DNA of 62,811 bases, filler included, from Diploschistes diacapsis (GCA_023645945.1; 20 parts of 20 records of this genome joined end to end with filler, not necessarily neighbours in it), one strand, 5' to 3'; shown: positions 1-12,318, counted from the whole stretch's first letter. Program-made: numbers and translations. The notes: generated from the sequence alone by a model not told the origin.

Positions 1-1098
1 GATCTTTTTTTATCGTTCCGACATCTTTCTATCGATCTAGACATTGATCCTTAATCTAATACTTCTGTTTTAGAGATTCCTGTCCTTGCACCACTTCGAG
101 AATTAGAATAAATTACACTTTTAAAACATTTAATAGTTCCTAAATCAGAATATTTAGAGACGTCTACGATTATATTTTATCCAAAGCTAGCTAACGATTT
201 ATAATTTATTAAAAACGCCGTGATCTTAATCGAAACAAAAATGAACCTTTAGAATTAAGAAATATTACGATTCAAAACTGAATGCAACAACTGGAAAAAG
301 AAATATAAAAAACTTAAAGATATTATTAGTATAATATTATTAAATATAAATACCATTACTTAAGCATACTTGAAGGATCCCTCTAACGTCAAGACGACAT
401 TCAAATACTTCGGTAATAAAGGCTACAAAAACCTAAAAATAAAAGAAGATAGGGAAATAACAAGGGCAAAAGAGAATAGGAGAAAGAGAGCCCGTTTAGG
501 ACTCAGGCCTAAGGCGAAACTCCCCGAAGAGGAAGCTGCATCGGATATCTCAGACTTTTCAGAAAAAGTATACGAAGATGCAATGCAACCGAATTAGAAG
601 GAGTGTAAGAAGGAGCAGGAGCAGGGGGACATGATTAGTCATACAGAATATATATAATCCGCTTACAGACATCTCTTGCAGAATAATACAATCCTTCTTC
701 TTAACTACGATATAACTGATAAGTTCCTCCGCTCGCCCGGAAGACTGTCACAGCTATCTGTTACAAAAAAGCTCTTATTACCAACGACCGAAGATACCCC
801 GATCATAAATAATTAAACGAGTATAAGAATTTCGAGTATAATTATTCCGAATATAAAGATAAAAGATATATCCTTTACGAAAAATTAATTATCGACGTAA
901 CGTTTAAACGATACTACGAACACGTTTTACTCGATATACAGCACCGAAATCACAGCTTTATATACGATTATATTAACAAAAACTACAAAAATCACTTATA
1001 CAATAACGAACGCAGATTAAAAAAATTATTATTAGTAATACATCATGACTAAAAACTTGGAAACGGTATAACTCAACGATTCAATTTAATCGACAAAG

Positions 1099-1323
1099 TA
1101 GACTAGCCGTTTCGTGCCATAGACACTGACACGGACACCGCAACAAAAATTTTCTCGGCACGGACACTGACATGGATACTGTATTGCGGTGAAAGCACGG
1201 ACACGGACACCGCAGTAAAAAATTTTAAAACACGGACATTGATACGGATATTGTATTGTAATAAAAGTACGGACACGGATACCGCAGCAAAAATTTTTAA
1301 AACACGAATATTAATACGGATAT
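1099..1323 (+). mobile_element. hAT-like TIR element, left end with subterminal ACACGGAC repeats, interrupted by a Copia LTR
   Basis: Starts TAGACTAGCCGTTT, a G>A-mutated form of the TAGGCTGGCCGTTT seen at 7876. Followed by repeated ACACGGAC/CCGCAGCAAAAATTTT motifs. Confidence 0.65.
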
Positions 1324-1954
1324 TGTTGAACAAACAGGCAGAAGGCATGACTGGGAGTATAACTGAGTTCTAGAAGGAGGTTCAGTTCGGTTGAACTCCG
1401 AGGTTCAGTTCAGCTGAATCTTCTGGAATTCCAATTAGACCGAATAAGGAATAGTATAGGTAATAAAACTTAGCGTATCTTACGAGAATAAAAGTTTATA
1501 AAATAAAATAACTTCCTTAATAAGATCTTTAGACTTCAATATATCTATTACGTTGCTAAATAAATTATAAGTTCGGATTAGTATTTACTTTATTACGCTT
1601 AATCGTTTATTAAAATTACGTTTTTCGGTAATTATTACGGTTACGAACGCGGGTACCGATTACGTTATTTAACGTAGATTAAATCGAAGAAATTTAAAAG
1701 CCTAAGATCTGAATTATAAGATTTTAGGGTGGGCTGATTTAAAGGTCGAAGTTATATTACTTTAAAAGAACGCGTGATCTTAATTCGCTGGTCTAGGGTA
1801 GACCTAAATAAGAAATAATTAGATCCAGATATTATCTATATAAACCAACGAAAAACAATCTTCTTCTCTTTTTCGACAATAATCGAAGTTTAATTAAATT
1901 TTACTGAATCTTTCGATTATTTTTATTTCTATTATAGAAGATTATCCTTTATAT
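1324..1954 (+). mobile_element. Ty1/Copia 5' LTR (1324-~1562) plus degraded internal leader
   Basis: TGTTG start. The LTR matches 41000-41212 and 56196-56411, and the downstream sequence is homologous to 56412-56745. Confidence 0.75.
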
Positions 1955-2054
1955 NNNNNNNNNNNNNNNNNNNNNNNNNNNNNNNNNNNNNNNNNNNNTT
2001 AATTAATTAANNNNNNNNNNNNNNNNNNNNNNNNNNNNNNNNNNNNNNNNNNNN
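1955..2054. other. Artificial contig-joining spacer (first of 19)
   Basis: 44 N + TTAATTAATTAA (stops in all six frames) + 44 N. Identical spacers start at 4009, 6062, 8115, 10168, 12219, 14267, 16311, 40443, 42486, 44528, 46568, 48606, 50643, 52679, 54713, 56746, 58768 and 60790. Adjacency across spacers has no biological meaning. Confidence 0.99.
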
Positions 2055-2153
2055 TCGAGACCTTTTACCTGCAGATGCCCAAGCTACACCTAATCCTTCC
2101 GGATCAGGCCCAGCCCCCGGTAGAGTAGCATCCTTTCCTGCGCTGGCGTTTCA
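2055..2153 (+). mobile_element. Partial LTR of a Gypsy family (family C), ends GCGTTTCA
   Basis: Matches 55330-55431 and the reverse complement of 61274-61375. Confidence 0.75.
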
Positions 2154-3135
2154 CCTCCGTTATAAATCTTCGTCCTTAAAAACTTTTATATAATTAAGTA
2201 TTATTTCCTTAACCGGGAGATTATATACGTTATTTAATCGTCGAGCGCGTTAAACCGATTATCGTTTATCTTTAATTTATTTTTAATTAAACGACGTTAT
2301 TACTTATAATTAAAAATTTTCTTTATGATTTATTGCAAACTAAGGTAGGTCTAATAACTTATGCGAGGAAAAACGTCCCCCGTTATTAATCTCGATGGTT
2401 AGATTCGTGGATTCTCGTCGGTTCCGAAATTTTTTAATTATTACCCGTAAATCGATATTTTCGTTAATTAACCGGGTCCGGGTCTCCTGCTTCCTATTTA
2501 ATAATTATTCTAATTCGTTTCTCTTAATTAGATCTTCCTCGAACTATTATTAAAACCGTTAAATCTTTCGTTCGTTTCGTTGGTTTATCTCTTTAACCGT
2601 TATTACATAAATAAGTATTAATTCAATAAATTCCGTTAATTCTTCCTCGATTCCGTAATAAATCTCTTCTATTCGTTTTTACGATTATAATTTTATCACG
2701 TTCTCGATAACGTTATTTTCATTAATTTATTCTTTTATCGGGTTTTTAAACGAAAATATTTTTCGTTTAAATTCGTCGGACCTTTTTAGGATCTTTCTCG
2801 TATTAATTCTTCGCTAATAATAAATTTCTCAAAAATTCCTGGCATAAATAACTATCATAACGCGGGATATTTTATAGATTATTCCTTAACTATCGATTCG
2901 TCTTTTAAATGGTACTTTTCAATCGTTGAAATCTCGGTTAATTCTTTAAAAATCGGAAGTACTATAAATTCTCTTTTTTTCTTTTAATCCTTTCTATCAA
3001 CGAAGGCCATTATTTATAATAAATCGGCGAATAATACTTTCGAGTTCGATTATCGTAGAGTTACTCGAATATTTAGTTCGGTTAACGTTTTAAACTTTCG
3101 TCACGAGTGCGAAAGTAAAATAAACTTTTCGAATA
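2154..3135 (-). mobile_element. RIP-degraded retrotransposon pol remnant (probably Gypsy)
   Basis: Very AT-rich with TpA excess, lying between LTR copies. Only faint coding traces, so the classification is tentative. Confidence 0.4.
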
Positions 3136-3349
3136 TAAAACGCCAACGTATGAATAAGATATTATATTATCGAAAACTAGGCCTGATCCGGAAGGATTAC
3201 GTGTAATTAGGTATCTATAAGTAAAAGGTTTCGATTCGAAAAGCTAAAGAAGAAACTATTTAGGTAAACGGGTGGTAGGAATAAATAGTGTGTGGGTGCC
3301 AGCCCTACGGGGTTCGGGTATTACCCGCCTACACAGCCACCTCCTAACA
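3136..3349 (-). mobile_element. LTR of Gypsy family C
   Basis: Colinear with 61274-61482 and the reverse complement of 55218-55431. Termini T(G>A)AAACGCC...CTAACA. Confidence 0.75.
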
Positions 3350-3390
3350 TCCTTGGCACGGGTGGCAGCGGCTATCCCCCTGTGAGACTC

Positions 3391-3472
3391 GTCATGTGAC
3401 CCTGCCGTAGTCATGTGACCCTGGCGTCACATGACCCCGGCGTCACATGACCCCGGCGTCACATGACCCCGG
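3391..3472. repeat. 16-bp tandem repeat (GTCACATGACCCCGGC) next to the family C LTR
   Basis: About 5 units visible. A related array in reverse orientation lies at 55076-55198. Confidence 0.85.
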
Positions 3473-4141
3473 TGGCTTGACAGGCGTCTGGGCTGATCTG
3501 TCTCACTATGTTAAGTTTAATAAAAAAGATTGTATTTCTGTTATCTAAAAGATAATTAAACGAACCATCCTCTCGAAGAAAGACGAGATCGAAAAGGATA
3601 AGAAGCTTATTAACGAGGATAATGAGCAAGAAGAAGAGCTAAAAAAATAATTTCGTAAAATTAAGGATCGTCGTCTTTAACGTAAACGTCGCATTTGTCG
3701 TAACCGAAAGATTTTTAAATTAACGGAAGGTCTTATTGACGTATAAACGCGTTATTTAGCGGAAAAACTGGACTTAAAATCGTCCGAGATATACATCAAT
3801 ATCTAAAAACGATTATTAACGGAATTTAATCTAGAATTATTAAAATTAGCGATAATATCGCCTAATCAATTAAATTAGATTTTAAGAAATAAAGTTTCTG
3901 TCCCGTCAAATTCATTCTTAATAAGTTTACGGTATTTTTAATTTTATTTCGATAATTGTTCAGATTCGACAACGGTTCCTACGTATTTTGATCCGACAGA
4001 TATCTTTTNNNNNNNNNNNNNNNNNNNNNNNNNNNNNNNNNNNNNNNNNNNNTTAATTAATTAANNNNNNNNNNNNNNNNNNNNNNNNNNNNNNNNNNNN
4101 NNNNNNNNAATTAAAGATATTTATAAAAATAAATATATCTT

Positions 4142-4390
4142 TTTTCACGAAGGTAGAATCGTGTTTATATATAATTAACTCGCTCGCCGTTTATCGTAAA
4201 TTTAGTAAGCGGTGCCCTCGAGGCTCGCCGTTCATAAGAATAAGCGCGACCATCGAGTAGTAATGAAAGCTTGCTTGCCGTTCACGAGAGTGAGCGCGAG
4301 TAGTAAGCGCATCACGTGACCCCTGGTCTCGTGACTGACCTATATACAACAAAGCTGGGACGTGCCAAGTCTAGTACTTGGATCGTAACA
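4142..4390 (+). mobile_element. Solo LTR-like repeat (family E), ends GGATCGTAACA
   Basis: Close match to 16411-16645. Related shorter copies in reverse orientation at 5798-5950 and 11175-11326. Confidence 0.7.
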
Positions 4391-5683
4391 AAGCAATCTC
4401 GAACGCGCTAATAAGAAAGAAAAGATAAACGGATTCTCTAATTATAAAAGAATAAATAAAGATTTTCCGATTAAAAATTAGAAATACTTACTTCCGAAAA
4501 TAAATCGCGAAGGCAACTTTAGCGCTAAAGTAACATTTTCTTACCATTCGATCAACAAAACACGGGCTATATAATCTTACTAAAAAGAACTTTTTAGAAT
4601 AATAAGAAAAAAAGAAATAAGTTATTCAAAAATGGGAAGGTTTGCGCCTCCTCCTGACGAAAAGGAGGAAAAGAACGAGAAAAAGGAAGACGAAGAGGGA
4701 AAAGATGATCTTAATCTTAATTTAGAAAAAACAGAGTTCAGGACGGATAAGAAGAAAAGGAATAAAAAAGAATAAATAATATGGTTAAAGAAATAAAATA
4801 TAAAAAAACATGTTTAAAAATAAAGTCACTTCGGGGACAAAATGTTAAAAATAGATAATATCATAAGCCCCTAAAACCTATAATAAGATATAGTTTATTT
4901 ATTTATAACTGTTCGATTATCTATTAGCTTCGTAACAAGCTTGTTTTCCTACCTATTTACTTAATATTCCCTTGCTTACAATTTTTTTTATGTGATTAAC
5001 CTTCCTATTTAATACTTTCTTATTTACTTATTATTTGTGTATTAACCTGCTTACCTGCTGTCCTGCTTGCTTGCTTACGATTGCCTGCTCGAGAGATATG
5101 ACGAAGAAGGAGATAAAAGAAAAGAAAAAGGAGGACGTATTGCCCATTATAACTATCTAAAAGAACATTCAGAAATAATATAAATATTATAAAAATTAAA
5201 AATATTTTTAAATAATTACTGTCCTTCTAGATAACTGTTTTTAAAGAAGTGAAATATTATAGAAATAAATCCAAAAACGCGGTTACATCGAAACAAAAAC
5301 AATAAAGATAATGAACTTCTAAATATTTAAACTATCGGAAAGGTACGGAACTACATTAAGATACAAAATAATAAACTTACGATTTCTTACCACTAAAACT
5401 AATATAAAGTTCGCTATAAGACAGCGAAATATTAAAGAAAAGATCGTATATAAACATAAAAATAAACGGTAAACTTGATAAAGATAATCCCTTCCAGGCA
5501 GCTCCATTTAAAAAAACCTACTAAATAGCTCTAAACAATTCATACATCCTACACCTCACAAATATCCTACCTAGGTATGCTGTTGACTACGAGATCACAC
5601 TACATTCCCCTACTACACCACCTACGACTATCTACCTACTACAGCAAGGGAAGTCTCCCTAGACAGCGCGCCTTGTATTTATA
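4391..5683 (-). mobile_element. Unclassified interspersed repeat (family F) with an LTR-like terminus
   Basis: Reverse complement of 15170-16310 and 8471-8709. Shared sharp end TATAAACACAAGGCGCGCTGTCTAGGGAGAC. Confidence 0.7.
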
Positions 5684-5797
5684 ATAAGAATTGATTTATA
5701 CGGATATTGTGGAAGATACGATACGAGCGATTATAGATTTCCGCTTTTTATATCGTTTATTTAATTATTTTATTTAATTCTTCGAACCTCGACGAGA

Positions 5798-5950
5798 TGT
5801 TACGATCCAAGTAACTAGGTGGTAGTCCACTTGGCACTTCACAGCTGATCGGGCATTTCCCAACCACTCCTTATATATAATCCAATCATGATGACACCGG
5901 TCACGTGATAAATAGAAAATCTTAAAAACTATTCTACCCTTCTATAAATA
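5798..5950 (-). mobile_element. Solo LTR-like repeat, family E variant
   Basis: TGTTACGATCCAAGT start, CACAGCTGATCGGGC core and GGTCACGTGAT motif shared with 11175-11326. Confidence 0.65.
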
Positions 5951-6528
5951 AAACACGATAATTAAAAAACTCATATCCCAGATTAATAATTAAAAAAAGG
6001 CTTATAAAAATAAAGCCCCTTCGAACCCTCGTCCGCTATAATAGGTCTAGACTAGGTCCTTNNNNNNNNNNNNNNNNNNNNNNNNNNNNNNNNNNNNNNN
6101 NNNNNTTAATTAATTAANNNNNNNNNNNNNNNNNNNNNNNNNNNNNNNNNNNNNNNNNNNNGGGGAGGGTGGTGAGGAGGGTGCGTTTGGTGGCCATTGC
6201 GGCCGACTGAGGGGTGTAAGGGACCTCAATCGGCTGAGGTTAGATGCAGCACTTCTTCTAGCAGCTATGAAAGGGAGTAGAAGATTGAAGCTGCAGAAAG
6301 CAATTACCAGAAATTTTTGATAAAAAGCCCAGAGCAAGCTTGGGAATGCTTCCGTTATCGGACAGAAACTCAAGCCTTGTAGGGCTGAGCTAGGCCTAAG
6401 TGGAGCTTGTTATCAAATGGAGTTGCACCTCATCACGCTTCACGGGTGGTTCTTCGTTGAAAGCTATCATCGCCAGAGTAGGTGACTCTAGTCCAAGCTC
6501 TCCTTTATCTGAACTTAACAGACTATAG

Positions 6529-6863
6529 ATGTTATCCCGACCGGCAATTCGCGCGACAAATTTCGCCGCCCGTCGAGGCGTTCAAGTCCGACACGGCAGC
6601 TTCTACCACTACCCTGAAGGTCCACGAAACAACATTCCTTTCAACCCCAAGACGAGGTTTTTCTGGTTCAGATACTGGGGCTTCTGTGGTATGTCCTGGA
6701 AGTTTGTTCGGCGTTGAAGGTTATAATGGCTGACCATTGTCCCACACAGCTACTGGCTTCGGACTACCATTCGGTATCGCTTGTAATTTCAATTTGCCTA
6801 TCATGATGATTCTTGTGGCTAATGTTCTATTTAGACTGGCAATTATCAAAGAATCCAGCTTAA
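6529..6863 (+). CDS. COX8: Cytochrome c oxidase subunit VIIc (yeast Cox8), 73 aa, 3 exons (6529-6688, 6750-6782, 6835-6863)
   Basis: Spliced product MLSRPAIRATNFAARRGVQVRHGSFYHYPEGPRNNIPFNPKTRFFWFRYWGFCATGFGLPFGIAYWQLSKNPA*. It has a mitochondrial presequence, the HYPEGPRxNIPF motif and one TM helix. Both introns are GT-AG with CTGAC/CTAAT branch sites. Confidence 0.93.
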
Positions 6864-7609
6864 GGCGGAGGATAAGGGTCGGGAGGTGATGGGCATTGGG
6901 GAAGGCATTGCGGGCATCGGAGCGACACAGCGGACTGTATAGACTGTACAGATATCACCCAGACCAGAAGGATTTGCATTCGAGGTTATTGTGCTTTTGC
7001 CATCTCTTGAATGAACGCTTGCAGGGTAGAAATCGTGTGCTCTTCACTCATCATCCCATGAGACAGTCCCTGTCCACCATTTCATTGGGCTTGCAATGCT
7101 ATCACCTCCAGTTACGATTATCTAAGCTGTTACTGTATCTTCTATGTTGTGGGACTTGATGTGAGTGTTGCTTAAATAAGAGCGTAGGTCTGGGAAGATT
7201 TCTTGCATGTTGAGGCCAGCATGACAACCTATTTGCCTATAGCCAAGTAAAAGAACTTATAGATGAGCAAAGGATTAAACAGAACAGGTACCTTTCCACA
7301 GAATGATTAGATCCACAATTGCACGTCAAAGCTGCTCTCCCAATAGAAAAGAGTAGAGACTAGGGAATAGACTGATTGTAATCTCTCGCCATCAGTCCTG
7401 TCTACCGAGTACAATTTAGCCAAGCCAAGCCAAGCCAAGCCAAGAGCTACCGGCGTTCGCCGGTAATTATTTTATCTCCGCTCGTTTAATCCTCACCTTA
7501 TTAGTCTGAGAAACAACAGCGGTGGTCTTGTTCAATTTTGCGCCTGCGCTAAGGTGAATTCTGAGCTGGTGAGCAAGCCAGGGGTGTTATGACCCCTGAA
7601 CGTTTATCG

Positions 7610-7875
7610 ATGTCTAGTCAGCAGCAGGCTGAAAAAGAGATGAAAGAGTTGGGAGAGTGGTTAATGGAGGAAAGCACGGTCTTCGCACAACTGGGGAACA
7701 CGAAATTTGAACATTGCGCCGACGAGAATAAATGGCCTAGAATCCTTAAAGTTCTGCAGGCACTTGAAATAGTATGTACTGGTCTGCTACATGTCTTAAA
7801 CACCGCTAATATCTGCCCAGAAGGCCTCGAACTGCTGCTATAATTCGGCTTAGAGGAGAAAATGGAGATATACAG
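7610..7875 (+). pseudogene. Spliced gene fragment of unknown function abutting a transposon end
   Basis: 54-codon exon (7610-7771), canonical intron GTATGT...GCTAAT...CAG (7772-7820), then a TAG after 10 codons. The TIR element starts at 7876. Confidence 0.4.
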
Positions 7876-8114
7876 TAGGCTGGCCGTTTCGTGCCACGGT
7901 CACTGACACGGACACTGCAGCAAAAATTTTTAAAATACGGACATTAACACGGACACGACAGCTAAAATTTTAAAACACGGATACTAACACGGATACTATA
8001 TTATAATAAAAATACGAACACGGACATCGTAACAAAAATTTTTAAAACACGGACACGAATATCGTAATATAATTTTCAAAAAAATAAAAACGTAAGAAAT
8101 AAACGTAATAATTC
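7876..8114 (+). mobile_element. hAT-like TIR element, left end
   Basis: TIR TAGGCTGGCCGTT followed by ACACGGAC subterminal repeats. The reverse complement AACGGCCAGCCTA occurs at 10363-10375. Confidence 0.7.
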
Positions 8115-8470
8115 NNNNNNNNNNNNNNNNNNNNNNNNNNNNNNNNNNNNNNNNNNNNTTAATTAATTAANNNNNNNNNNNNNNNNNNNNNNNNNNNNNN
8201 NNNNNNNNNNNNNNCGTTCGTTATCTTTTATTTATTAATTATAAACGTTATATGATTTTTTAATATTTTAATTGATGAAAAATGTTCGACATCCTGTTAT
8301 CGCTTATTAGTAACGGAACTCGTGTTATAAAATTCTTTAATATTCTAAATAATTATAATTATTAAAATGTCGTTTATGTCGTTCACTGCTTAAAAATCCT
8401 ATATATTAAACGTTATTAACGTGGCGTTAACGGGTACTGTATGCGTAATCGGATTATTAATAACGTATAT

Positions 8471-8709
8471 TATAAACACAAGGCGCGCTGTCTAGGGAGA
8501 CTTCCCTTGCTGTAGTAGGTAGGTAGTCGTAGGAGGTGTAGTAGGGGAATGTAATGTGATCTCGTAGTCAACAGCATACCTAGGTGGGACAATTGTGAGA
8601 TATAAAATACATAAATTGTCTAGAGCTACCTAGCAGGCCTCCTTAAATGGAGCTGCCCTATAAAGACCACCCCTATCAAGTCTACGGCTTACTTTTATGT
8701 TTATATACG
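8471..8709 (+). mobile_element. Family F terminal segment
   Basis: Matches 15170-15410. Interrupted at 8710 by another element. Confidence 0.7.
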
Positions 8710-8939
8710 CATCACGAAAAGTTTTTGGCGGCGAAACACCGCGAAAATCCGCGAAGTTGGCGAAACTGGCGAAACCGGCGAGGTGGGCGACAGATAATGC
8801 GTTCAAGCGACTCGCCAACTTTTGCCAAAAGGTTTGGCGAAACACGGCGAAACACGGCGAAACTGGCAAAACCGGCGAAACTGGCGAAGATGGCGAGGGC
8901 AATTATTTTTTTACTAATATATTACGTAAGCAAAAAAGT
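8710..8939 (+). mobile_element. End of an unclassified DNA-transposon-like element with GGCGAAAC subterminal repeats
   Basis: The terminus CATCACGAAAAGTTTTT and the (C/T)GGCGAAAC repeats are shared with 54389-54480. Confidence 0.55.
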
Positions 8940-8941
8940 TA

Positions 8942-10167
8942 ACGTATTCCACTAGTCAATGACTAACACAAGTTAGTGACTCACGCCCCCACCATATCAA
9001 CGCGTTTTTAACACATCGCTTATTCCTTTCCATCATTAATATGTCTCATAATATATAACGAGAGGAGAAACTTCTTTTAGCTATTAAAGCAGTTTAGATA
9101 AGTTAAATTACCTCCGTACGGAAAGCAGCGTAGTTATATATCGTCTCGTAAAATACCCTTCGAAGACGATTATAAAGACGTAAATTATAGTTTATTATTA
9201 ATCGTACGAAACGCAAACAGACAAAAACGAAAGAGTAAATACTTCTTTAATAAATTATAGTTATAGATGAACGTGAAGCATCCCCTCGTTTTTTTATAGT
9301 GGAAGATATGGTTAATATATTATTAACCGACCGCGACGCGTTTTTAATTTTATTTATCGTTAATAAAAACTGGGTTTTTAATTTCGTACGACGCAATAAT
9401 TAAATAAGAACGCGTTATTCTCTAAAATACGATTATTAACGTGTCTAATGCGATGATCTTAAGTTTATATAGGCTTAATTTGAACTCGTACGACAAATAA
9501 CTAAAAAAAAGGGTATTATAGAAAAAGATATTTATAATTTTAATAAAACGGGATTCGTTATAGGCATAATTATTACGGTAAAAGTTATCGGAGTAATTGA
9601 AAGAAAAGGTCGTTCGAGGTTTAAGTAATTTGGTAATCGAGAATGAATTATAGTGGTTAAATCAGTAAGCTTGTACGGCTGGATTCTTTTTTCTATGATT
9701 ATCTTCGTCGGCAAGACGTACCGTACGAATTGGTTCAAAAAATTTAATATATTTTAAGACTGGGTAATTATAGTTAGTAGTAATGGTTGGATCAATGATT
9801 AATTGGGTTTAGAATGGTTAAAGCTAGTCTTTGAACCGCATACTCGAGGTCATACGAAGGGAATATATCGATTATTGATTATTAACGGATATGGAAGTTA
9901 TTTTATTATCGCTTTCGATCGTTTTTATATTGAGTATAAGATTATTCCGATATGTATATTAGCGCATTTATCCATCTTTTTTAGCCTTTTGATGTTGGTT
10001 GTTTTTCTGTTCTAAAGCGGTCGTACGGAGTTTAGATTGAGTGGCGTATGCAATTTGGTATCGATTATATCGATAAAGAAGACTTTTTTTTTGTTTATTT
10101 TTAACTCGTAAGTTAATATATTTCGAAGGAAATGTTTGTAGTGGATTTAGAATTATTGAATTAGTAT
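8942..10167 (+). mobile_element. Fot1/pogo (Tc1/mariner) transposon, RIP-inactivated transposase
   Basis: TA|ACGT terminus. Degraded motifs: HTH (EEKLLLAIKAV..SVRKAA), IYNFNKTGF (YNFDETGF), RLLIINGYGSY (LLILDGHGSH) and xPFDVGCFSVL (QPLDV). Confidence 0.9.
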
Positions 10168-10267
10168 NNNNNNNNNNNNNNNNNNNNNNNNNNNNNNNNN
10201 NNNNNNNNNNNTTAATTAATTAANNNNNNNNNNNNNNNNNNNNNNNNNNNNNNNNNNNNNNNNNNNN

Positions 10268-10375
10268 ATATTAATACGGACACTGCACTTCCGTGAATCC
10301 ACGGACACGGACACCGCAGCTAAAAAATCTAAAACACGGACACTGACACTGTCAGTGTCAGTAACGGCCAGCCTA
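10268..10375 (+). mobile_element. hAT-like TIR element, right end
   Basis: ACACGGAC repeats ending in AACGGCCAGCCTA, the inverted repeat of the terminus at 7876. Confidence 0.7.
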
Positions 10376-11174
10376 ATTTAAAGTTAAACATAATATAAAA
10401 ACTTAAAAAGAATTTAAAGAATTATAAAGCAAAATTAACGAAATTTTACGATATTAATGGACCCACCATTAAAAACAATTAAGATTAAAAATAAAAAATT
10501 TACGAAACATATGTATATCTAATATAAAAACTAACCTAACGAAACGGGAAATTCATCCTTTAAAACCTAGTTCAATTAACTCGACGACATTACCGCTAAT
10601 TTAGACAACTCTAAATCAAATTCCGTTAATAAACCTTTCTAGACGTTAATATATACCTCGAATAATTCTAAATCCAATTCCTTCGCTAAACAACGCGCTT
10701 GCTCGTTAACACGATTTTCCGTTAATTTAAAAACCTTTCGATTACGACGAATATAACGTTTACGCTAAAAACGACGATTTTTAACTTCACGAAATTACTT
10801 CTTTAATTCTTTTTTTTATTTATTATCCTCGTCGATAAGCTTCTTATCCTTATCGATCTCTTCGCGCGTCGAAAAGATAATTCGTTCAATTACCTCCTAA
10901 ATAATAGAAATGTAATCCTTTTTATTAGACTCGGCACAGCAAACGCATTTAATAAAAACAAAAAACATTCTAATATAATCGTAAAAAAACAGACAATTAT
11001 TATAAAATAATATATCTAGATAACCCCGAAAAAGAACAATAAAATCCAAACATTTCTTTTATTTTAAAAATAAAAAAGATATCGCTGTCCCACGATTTAA
11101 GATTTTCTTTTATTTAATACTTATATTTACCCTTCGATGCTTATCGGGCCGACAAAATTAAAGAAAAGAAATAA

Positions 11175-11326
11175 TATTACGATCTAAGTAACCAAATAAT
11201 AATCCATTTAATACTTCACAGCTGATCGGGCCTAACCCAATCACTCCTTATATATAATTTAATCATAATAATACCGGTCACGTGATAAATAAAAAACCTT
11301 AAAAGTTATTTTACCCTCCGTAAATA
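11175..11326 (-). mobile_element. Solo LTR-like repeat, family E variant
   Basis: Colinear with 5798-5950. Confidence 0.65.
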
Positions 11327-11559
11327 AAACGGAAGAGCGGTAATTCTATTTATTTACTAATCTATTCCACTAGGAAGTAGTTAATTAAATAAGAACGTCG
11401 CCATGACTCCTATAAATCGGGACGTGTTCATTTTAATAAACATCCTTAATGATTGCTCGGGATTAATCTATATTCGTTACTTCTATTAACAAATAATAAT
11501 CTTTCAAAAAATCAAAACAGACCTATTACCGATCTACTTCTTCTCCTACTTACACTCCT

Positions 11560-12218
11560 CTTCTAACAGAAACCAAACCTACCTTAATCAATACCTCGTG
11601 TCTACATTGTAGAAATAGAGATCGTAACAACGATATCTTAACTAACTTAATGAATTTAAGTCTGTTAAAAGAAGAAACGATTTTTAAACGTACGATTAAT
11701 TTAATCGAATATGGTTTTCCGCCGCGATAAAACGATATACGCGATATAGCCAATTTAATACGCGTAACTCGAAACACGCCGCCAATCAAACCACGATAAA
11801 CACAAAGCTTCGTACGATAACAAGAAATGTTTAAAATACGTTATTAAAAAGTATTAACTAAAGATTTACGAATCGTACGAAACTAATTCGACCTCGTACG
11901 TAACGTGATTAATAAATATAATATCCTCGATTCGAATATTTATAATTTCGACCAAACCAGCTTTCTTATCAGAATATTAAGCCATATAAAAATCGTAATT
12001 ACTTTAAATCGCAAAGATAAACCTCCTACGAAGTAACCCGATAATCGAGAATAGGTTTCTATTATCTAAATTATCTACGCGGACGATTATACGCTAAATA
12101 ATAATTCTTAAAATCGAGATCAAGATACTTCGTACGACGAATAAAACACTTAATAAACGAAAAAAAATTAAAAAAACGCGCGTACGAGCTGAAGAATCAT
12201 TTAACGTATCAAAAACAA
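11560..12218 (+). mobile_element. Fot1/pogo transposase remnant
   Basis: IYNFDQTSFLIRIL (YNFDETGF.MG) near 11938, followed by PDNRExVSII (PGNREW). Confidence 0.75.
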
Positions 12219-12318
12219 NNNNNNNNNNNNNNNNNNNNNNNNNNNNNNNNNNNNNNNNNNNNTTAATTAATTAANNNNNNNNNNNNNNNNNNNNNNNNNN
12301 NNNNNNNNNNNNNNNNNN

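Noticed and set aside
370..597. 75-aa basic/acidic ORF and other short Ile/Lys/Asn-rich ORFs in AT-rich contigs
   Set aside because: They lie within RIP-degraded repeat sequence (an LTR-like end TGTCACA follows near 750) and are not credible host genes.
1999..2010. Regularly spaced TTAATTAATTAA motif every ~2 kb
   Set aside because: It is an artificial six-frame-stop linker between contigs. The periodicity reflects length-sorted contigs.
6162..6197. Possible divergent gene start MATKRTLLTTLP on the minus strand upstream of COX8
   Set aside because: Only 12 codons precede the contig break, too little to support a call.
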